IMG/VR virus record: IMGVR_UViG_3300005080_000001
Span: 32,001-96,000 of that record
DNA length: 64,000 bases
Origin: a virus
Taxonomy: Duplodnaviria > Caudoviricetes
Strand: one strand, 5' to 3'
Under the pieces are notes generated by a model. That model was not told the origin of the DNA. It saw only the letters and a program-made list of their open reading frames with translations, and searched no databases. Numbering within the stretch: the first letter of the stretch is position 1; each line of letters opens with the position of its first letter. Shown here piece after piece: positions 58,579-64,000 of this stretch. Made by a program: the position numbers and the translations under genes.

Positions 58579-60672
58579 ATGTCACGTTGGATAGAACTAA
58601 ATAATGAAGTAAAAATTAAAGATGAGAATGGTCAATTCCAGTTTCATAAAGATAAAGAGGCTGTTAAATCATACTTTGTCGATCATATAAACCAGAACAT
58701 GCAATTCTTCCATGACTTAGAAGAGAAGATTGATTACATGTTCAAGCATGATTACTACGACAAAGAAACGTTTAACAAGTACAAATTCCGTCAAGTTAAG
58801 GAATTATTTAAGATGATTTACGCTGAGAAATTCCGCTTCAAATCATTTATGTCTGCATTTAAATTCTATAATAACTATGCTTTAAAAACGAATGATGGGA
58901 AACGTTATCTAGAACGATATGAAGATCGATTAGCTGTTAACGCATTGTTCTTAGCAGATGGAAATTATGAACTAGCTAAACGTATTGCTAGACAACTAAT
59001 TAAGCAGAACTATCAACCTGCAACTCCAACATTCTTGAATGCAGGTCGTGCTAGAGCAGGGCGATTAGTATCTTGTTTCTTACTAGAAATGCCAGATAGT
59101 ACAGAAGGAATTATGTATGTAAATGAAGCAATAGCACAATTAAGCCGTTTTGGTGGCGGTGTAGCTGTCAATCTATCAAAACTGCGTGGAGCAGGGGAAT
59201 CGATTAAAGGGATCGAAGGAGCATCAACATCAATTGTTGGAATTGCGAAGATTATCGAAAACATCCTTTCTAAATTTAATCAGCTTGGACAACGAGAAGG
59301 TGCAGGGGCTGTATACATTAATGCATTCCACTCTGACTCAAAAGCAATGTTGGCAACGAAGAAAATCAATGCCGATGAAAAAGAGCGTCTTAAGACACTA
59401 TCTCTTGGATTAATTATCCCTAGCAAACTATATGAACTAGCTGAATTAGGCGAGAACTGGTTCTCATTCTACCCTTACTCAGTATACAAAGAATATGGCG
59501 TTTACTTAGACGACATGGACATGAGCCAATGGTATGAAACTCTATTAAACAACCCTAATGTACGTAAGAAATCAATGGGTAGCGCTCGTGAATTCTTAGA
59601 AGAAATCGGTCGTACTCAAATTGAGTCTGGTTATCCATATATCATGAACCGTGACGTAGCAAACAAAGTTCATATTTTACAAGACGTGGGCAACGTAAAA
59701 ATGTCGAATTTATGTGTGGAAATCATTCAAATTCAGCTTCCATCAGATGTTCAATCATACAAAGGTGTAGATACGTTTGGATACGATATCAGCTGTAACC
59801 TTGGATCATTAAACATTGCAGGAGTAATGAACAGTAAAGAGTTTGAAGAGGCTGTAACAGTAGCAGTAGATGCTCTTACAACAGTTACATTAAAAACTGA
59901 AATCTCAGAAGTTCCTACTGTAAAGAACGGTAATGATGCTTTCCATTCTATAGGCCTTGGCGCAATGAACCTTCATGGATACCTTGCAAGCAAAAAGATC
60001 TCTTATGAAAGCAAAGAAGCACTAGACTTCGCTAATACATTCTTTATGATGATGCGATACTATGCATTAAAACGTAGTAATGAAATTGCTATGGAGCATG
60101 GAGCATTCAAGTTCTTCGAGAAATCAGAGTATGCAAAAGGTACAGCTTTACTTAAATATATTGAGAAAAGCTACGCCCCTAAACGACCAAAGGTACAAAA
60201 GCTATTTGAAGGTATTTATGTACCTACACAAGAAGACTGGGCTAAATTAAATGAATCTATCATGAAACATGGTATTTTCTCAGCTTACTTGATGGCTATC
60301 GCTCCTACAGGAAGCATTTCATACGTATTAAACAGTACACCATCAGTTATGCCCATCACAGAAAAAATAGAAACGAGAACGTACGGAGATTCAACAACGC
60401 ATTATCCAATGCCTATGATGGATGCTTCAAACTTCTTCTACTTCAAAGAAGCGTACGATATGGACATGTTCAAATTAATAGACTTAATGTCTGTTATTCA
60501 AGAGCATGTGGATCAGTCGATTTCAACAACGTTATTCGTTGATGGCGACAGTATTACTGACGGTGACTTAGCACGTTATTACATCTACGCTCATAAGCGT
60601 AAACTTAAGACATTGTATTACACAAGAACACGATTAACATCTCAAGATGAGTGTTTATCTTGCACAGTTTAA
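58579..60672 (+). CDS. nrdE: Class Ib ribonucleotide reductase alpha subunit
   Basis: QPATPTF, VSCFL, SNLCVE, APTGSIS, KTLYY, C-terminal CLSC; uninterrupted. Confidence 0.97.
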   Translation: MSRWIELNNEVKIKDENGQFQFHKDKEAVKSYFVDHINQNMQFFHDLEEKIDYMFKHDYYDKETFNKYKFRQVKELFKMIYAEKFRFKSFMSAFKFYNNYALKTNDGKRYLERYEDRLAVNALFLADGNYELAKRIARQLIKQNYQPATPTFLNAGRARAGRLVSCFLLEMPDSTEGIMYVNEAIAQLSRFGGGVAVNLSKLRGAGESIKGIEGASTSIVGIAKIIENILSKFNQLGQREGAGAVYINAFHSDSKAMLATKKINADEKERLKTLSLGLIIPSKLYELAELGENWFSFYPYSVYKEYGVYLDDMDMSQWYETLLNNPNVRKKSMGSAREFLEEIGRTQIESGYPYIMNRDVANKVHILQDVGNVKMSNLCVEIIQIQLPSDVQSYKGVDTFGYDISCNLGSLNIAGVMNSKEFEEAVTVAVDALTTVTLKTEISEVPTVKNGNDAFHSIGLGAMNLHGYLASKKISYESKEALDFANTFFMMMRYYALKRSNEIAMEHGAFKFFEKSEYAKGTALLKYIEKSYAPKRPKVQKLFEGIYVPTQEDWAKLNESIMKHGIFSAYLMAIAPTGSISYVLNSTPSVMPITEKIETRTYGDSTTHYPMPMMDASNFFYFKEAYDMDMFKLIDLMSVIQEHVDQSISTTLFVDGDSITDGDLARYYIYAHKRKLKTLYYTRTRLTSQDECLSCTV

Positions 60673-60782
60673 TTTAAAACAAAAGTATTGCAAAAATAAT
60701 CAAGCTATGCTATTATTAAGGGGTCGATAATTTTATATTATCACCTCTTAAACAAAAGTATTGCATATCGGAGGAATAAACA

Positions 60783-61241
60783 TTGAAAATAAACAAAAGA
60801 GGTCAATCATTTGACATTATAAACAGATTCCAATTACAGGACGAAGACGGTAAGGTAGTACCATATTGCCGAGTTAAATTCTATCAAACAGGTCATGAAG
60901 CTGTATTTAAAAACTCAGTTATTGAGTCACTAAACTTCGAAGATCCTTCTTTAAAATATGAAAATGCTCCAGTAGTCGAGGTAGTTGAACCAACTCCAGA
61001 ACCAGAACCAGAGCAAGAATCTAAAACAGTTCTTGTTATGCCAGTTGTTGAAGAAGTGGCAGAAGAAGTCGTTGAAGATAAAAAGCCTGTAATCATGGCT
61101 CACTCTCCAAAAGGTGAAGACATTGAAGTAACAGACCTTGAAGAGTTCGTAGCTGAACATGACTTAGACATGGAAGCTGTTGAGAGTGTTCTTGAAGGGA
61201 AGCAAAAGACTCACAAAAAATGGGGGTTCACTAGAGCATGA
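60783..61241 (+). CDS. Acidic hypothetical protein with homing-endonuclease-like accessory motifs
   Basis: GGAGG RBS; C-terminal SPKGE..DL..F..E.DL....V..VL.GK.K.HK.W resembles a NUMOD1-type HTH. Confidence 0.6.
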   Translation: MKINKRGQSFDIINRFQLQDEDGKVVPYCRVKFYQTGHEAVFKNSVIESLNFEDPSLKYENAPVVEVVEPTPEPEPEQESKTVLVMPVVEEVAEEVVEDKKPVIMAHSPKGEDIEVTDLEEFVAEHDLDMEAVESVLEGKQKTHKKWGFTRA

Positions 61242-62281
61242 CAAAAACAAAACCTACATTGAAAGAATTAAGTGACAACATTAACAGCCGTATCAAGGGT
61301 GTCTCGGTTCACAAGGCTGTTAACTGGAATCGACAAGTAGACGGCTTTACATTAGCTTTCTGGGATCAAAACATCAAACAAATGTGGGTTGATACAGAAT
61401 TCGTACCTAGTAAAGACCGCAGTGTATGGGAGCGATTAGATCCAAAGGTACAAGAGGCTTATAAGAAAGTACTTGGTGGATTAACTCTATTAGATACGAA
61501 ACAGGGTACGATTGGAATGCCTAAGATTGCTGAACAAGTAGAGGAATTACAGCGTAAAGCGGTTCTATCATTCATGGGAATGATGGAGAATATCCACGCA
61601 AAATCTTATTCTACGATCTTCACAACCTTGTTAACTGAGGTTGAGATTGATGAAGTTTTTGATTGGGTAGAGCAAAACCAGTATTTACAATTCAAAGCAG
61701 ATCAAGTTACTTATTACTATGAAAATATTAAAGATGATAAGACTCTATATCTTGCTATGATGGCATCTGTTTTCCTAGAGTCATTCTTATTCTACAGTGG
61801 CTTCTTCTTACCTCTATACCTAGCAGGTCAAGGCAAAATGGTTGCAAGCGGAGAGATTATTAAGAAGATTATCATCGATGAATCCATTCATGGTGTATAC
61901 GTTGGATTACTTGCACAAGAACTATATGCAAAATTAACTCCAGAAGAGCAGGAAGAAGTAGATTACGAAACTGCTAGTCTAATGGACGAACTAATGGAGA
62001 ATGAGTTCAAATACACAGAAGAGGTTTACTCTGAGATTGAACTAGATCATGATGTTAAGAGTTTCCTATATTACAATGCTAATAAAGCACTTATGAACCT
62101 TGGCAAAGAGCCTAGATTCGAAGAAAAACGTATCAACCCAATCGTAGAGAACGGACTAAGCACTGAAACTGCTACACATGATTTCTTCTCTACTAAAGGA
62201 TCAAGCTATCAAAAGGCTAAACATCGTAGCTTAGTAGATGAGGACTTTGTATTCCCTAACATTGAAGAGCCATTAGTATAA
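61238..62281 (+). CDS. nrdF: Class Ib ribonucleotide reductase beta subunit
   Basis: GLTLLD, MENIHAKSY, LESFLFYSGF, DESIH, HDFFS. Confidence 0.97.
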   Translation: MTKTKPTLKELSDNINSRIKGVSVHKAVNWNRQVDGFTLAFWDQNIKQMWVDTEFVPSKDRSVWERLDPKVQEAYKKVLGGLTLLDTKQGTIGMPKIAEQVEELQRKAVLSFMGMMENIHAKSYSTIFTTLLTEVEIDEVFDWVEQNQYLQFKADQVTYYYENIKDDKTLYLAMMASVFLESFLFYSGFFLPLYLAGQGKMVASGEIIKKIIIDESIHGVYVGLLAQELYAKLTPEEQEEVDYETASLMDELMENEFKYTEEVYSEIELDHDVKSFLYYNANKALMNLGKEPRFEEKRINPIVENGLSTETATHDFFSTKGSSYQKAKHRSLVDEDFVFPNIEEPLV

Positions 62282-62329
62282 ACCAAAAGTATTGCAATAA
62301 ACTATAAAACGAAAAGAGGATTTCTTACT

Positions 62330-62656
62330 ATGCACACTCCTATGAAACTAATTAAATTCGAACAAACAAACTGTACTCCATGCAAAATGCTAGGAAACTA
62401 CTTACACAACGAACTTGGTGTAGAAGTAGATGAAGTAGTAAACATCTCAGAAGGAACAATTACTGATATGAAAACTGGAACTCTTGTTAATTCAGATGAT
62501 CCAGACCAAGCTATGGAATTAGCAGGTGAGTTCGGAATCATGAAGACTCCGACAATGGTATTAGTAGATGCAGACACTGGAGAAGAATTAGATCGTTTCT
62601 CTGGCGTAGGTCAAACTGGCGTTAATGCAATCTTAACAAAACGTGGTCTTATCTAA
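62330..62656 (+). CDS. Thioredoxin/NrdH-like redoxin
   Basis: CTPC motif; follows nrdF. Confidence 0.9.
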   Translation: MHTPMKLIKFEQTNCTPCKMLGNYLHNELGVEVDEVVNISEGTITDMKTGTLVNSDDPDQAMELAGEFGIMKTPTMVLVDADTGEELDRFSGVGQTGVNAILTKRGLI

Positions 62657-62714
62657 ATAAAAGGGGAGAGTTAATCTCCCCAATTACATACAAAAAAACT
62701 AGGAGACAATACGA

Positions 62715-63113
62715 ATGAATACTGACAAAACAATTTTAAATGATGCTAAAAAGAGAACACCGACTCAAAGAGACCGTTTATTAAGCATATTACGCAAAGC
62801 AGGAAGCAATGGCGTGTTAAATATAGATTTGGTTGGCGTTTGTATTGGATACCGTTCTAGAATAGCCGAGTTGTATCAAATGGGTTATAAAATTGATGTT
62901 GAAAATGTAGATAGAGGCGTATGTATTTATACGCTAAGAGAAGAGCCAGAAGTACCAATCACCAATGTACCAACGGCAATATCTGTTCTTACAAAAGAGA
63001 TCAGTGAGAAATATAAAGGTGCAATCACTCCAGAGGCACTAGTTGAATTGCTTCAAGACATGAATTTTAACGTTGTACGAAAAAGTGGCTCTCATAAAAC
63101 AGCGACAGCGTAA
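62715..63113 (+). CDS. Winged-HTH domain protein
   Basis: TQRDRLL..L...G...YRSRIAELYQMGYKI. Confidence 0.7.
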   Translation: MNTDKTILNDAKKRTPTQRDRLLSILRKAGSNGVLNIDLVGVCIGYRSRIAELYQMGYKIDVENVDRGVCIYTLREEPEVPITNVPTAISVLTKEISEKYKGAITPEALVELLQDMNFNVVRKSGSHKTATA

Positions 63114-63181
63114 TAATAAATGAATTAAATCACTAACACAAATAAAGCAAATGTATTGCAAATAATAGGAGGCAATTAATA

Positions 63182-64000
63182 ATGACACAATCAATTTTAA
63201 ACGAAGAGACAAAGGTAAAAGTATTCTCACATAATGACTTAGATGGTATCGGATGTGGTATCGTAGCAAAACTAGCATTTCCAGATGCACATGTAACATA
63301 CTGCGGTTATAATAACATTGACGAAAAGGTAAAAGAGTTTATCGAAACAGAAGCATACAAATCTTATGATCAAATATTTATCACTGACATCTCAGTAAAC
63401 AAAGAAGTAGAAGAGTTAATCAATGCCACAATTGCTGTCGACCCTTATACAAGCATTAAGCTTTTAGACCATCATGCAACGGCTACGCACTTAAATGAAA
63501 ACTTCTGGGCATTAGTTGCTCCACGAGGCATTCATGGCAAAAATAGTGGAACGAACATGTTGTACGAATTCTTAGTAACTAATGGATTCCTTAAAGGTTA
63601 TATTTACAGCGATCCTTTAGAAATATTCGTTGAAAAGATTCGTAGATACGATTCTTGGGAGTGGAAAGAAGATTATGACGATACAGAGGCATCTTCACTT
63701 AATGATCTGCTATGGCTTCTAGGGCATAAGAATTTCGAGAAAACCTACTTAAAGAGACTTCGTTACCTTAAACATGGTATTGTAAGCTGTGGTTCTTGGA
63801 TTGGAATGTTTAGCGATGCTGACAAAGCAGTATTAGACGTTGATCGTGATAAGAAAGCAAATTATATCGATCGCAAAGAAAAGCAAATGATTATTGGTCG
63901 ATTAGTTGGCAAGAACGTTGGATATGTATTCGCAGAGCAGTACATCAGTGAACTAGGTAATGCATTATCTGAACGACATGAAGAACTTGATTTCATTGTA
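63182..64000 (+). CDS. DHH-family phosphoesterase (NrnB-like), runs off the window
   Basis: SHNDLDG, ITDIS, LLDHH, YDSWEW, SELGN; AGGAGG RBS. Confidence 0.88.
   Translation, partial: MTQSILNEETKVKVFSHNDLDGIGCGIVAKLAFPDAHVTYCGYNNIDEKVKEFIETEAYKSYDQIFITDISVNKEVEELINATIAVDPYTSIKLLDHHATATHLNENFWALVAPRGIHGKNSGTNMLYEFLVTNGFLKGYIYSDPLEIFVEKIRRYDSWEWKEDYDDTEASSLNDLLWLLGHKNFEKTYLKRLRYLKHGIVSCGSWIGMFSDADKAVLDVDRDKKANYIDRKEKQMIIGRLVGKNVGYVFAEQYISELGNALSERHEELDFIV

Larger units (their letters stand above)
990..63160 (+). promoter_or_regulatory. Dispersed 16-bp asymmetric operator/promoter motif AAACAAAAGTATTGCA (family A), ~37 co-oriented copies
   Basis: Starts at 990, 7971, 8595, 14734, 14812, 20518, 22014, 23257, 25476, 26707, 28007, 28145, 29515, 30543, 30629, 32994, 33096, 36078, 36126, 43314, 43794, 45312, 47260, 47478, 47561, 50330, 50540, 51768, 52649, 55693, 55773, 58093, 58170, 60677, 60750, 62281, 63145. 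The TTGCAA/TTGACA end is often 17 bp from a TATAAT-like box. Confidence 0.92.

Noticed and set aside
58579-62281. Introns or inteins in nrdE/nrdF, as in SPbeta
   Set aside because: Both ORFs are continuous and of normal length
743-63299. Minus-strand ORFs in the track
   Set aside because: They are shadows of well-supported + strand genes, with no recognisable motifs

Overview
A 64-kb, AT-rich segment in which all credible genes lie on the + strand. It comes from a large temperate phage or prophage of a Bacillaceae host, with SPbeta-like organisation. No virion structural genes, att sites, tRNAs or CRISPR arrays were seen. Order: (1-13 kb) small accessory genes, the first of them separated by a conserved ~35-bp repeat; (13.6-18.4 kb) a regulatory block with a tyrosine recombinase, a catalytically degenerate MrpR/YopR-like recombinase-fold repressor, an Xre regulator and a LexA-box promoter; (19-33 kb) DNA ligase, a frameshift-split 3D-domain murein hydrolase, a kinase, an NAD+ salvage cluster (NAMPT, NMNAT, Nudix, PQ-loop transporter) and SSB-like/AAA/loader/DnaB; (33-43 kb) accessory and candidate counter-defence genes (SLOG, TerC, truncated vWA-TerF, two nucleotidyltransferases, Apyc1-like MBL, phosphoesterase); (43-64 kb) RNase H with catalytic Asp->Asn, primase, thermonuclease, TK, Cas4-like nuclease, DnaE, NDT, HNH, Nudix, RecD2, nrdIEF, thioredoxin and a truncated DHH phosphoesterase. 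The most striking signal is non-coding: four distinct motif families. (A) ~37 co-oriented copies of AAACAAAAGTATTGCA that supply sigmaA -35 boxes, sit before RBSs and even occur inside dnaE, plus one inverted copy at the LexA-box promoter. (B) a cassette-boundary repeat in the early region. (C) the palindrome CTTCAATACT-N5-AGTATTGAAG. (D) the recombinase-site-like palindrome TTAATAAAA-N6-TTTTATTAA at gene junctions. All calls are from motif recognition by eye; no searches were run.
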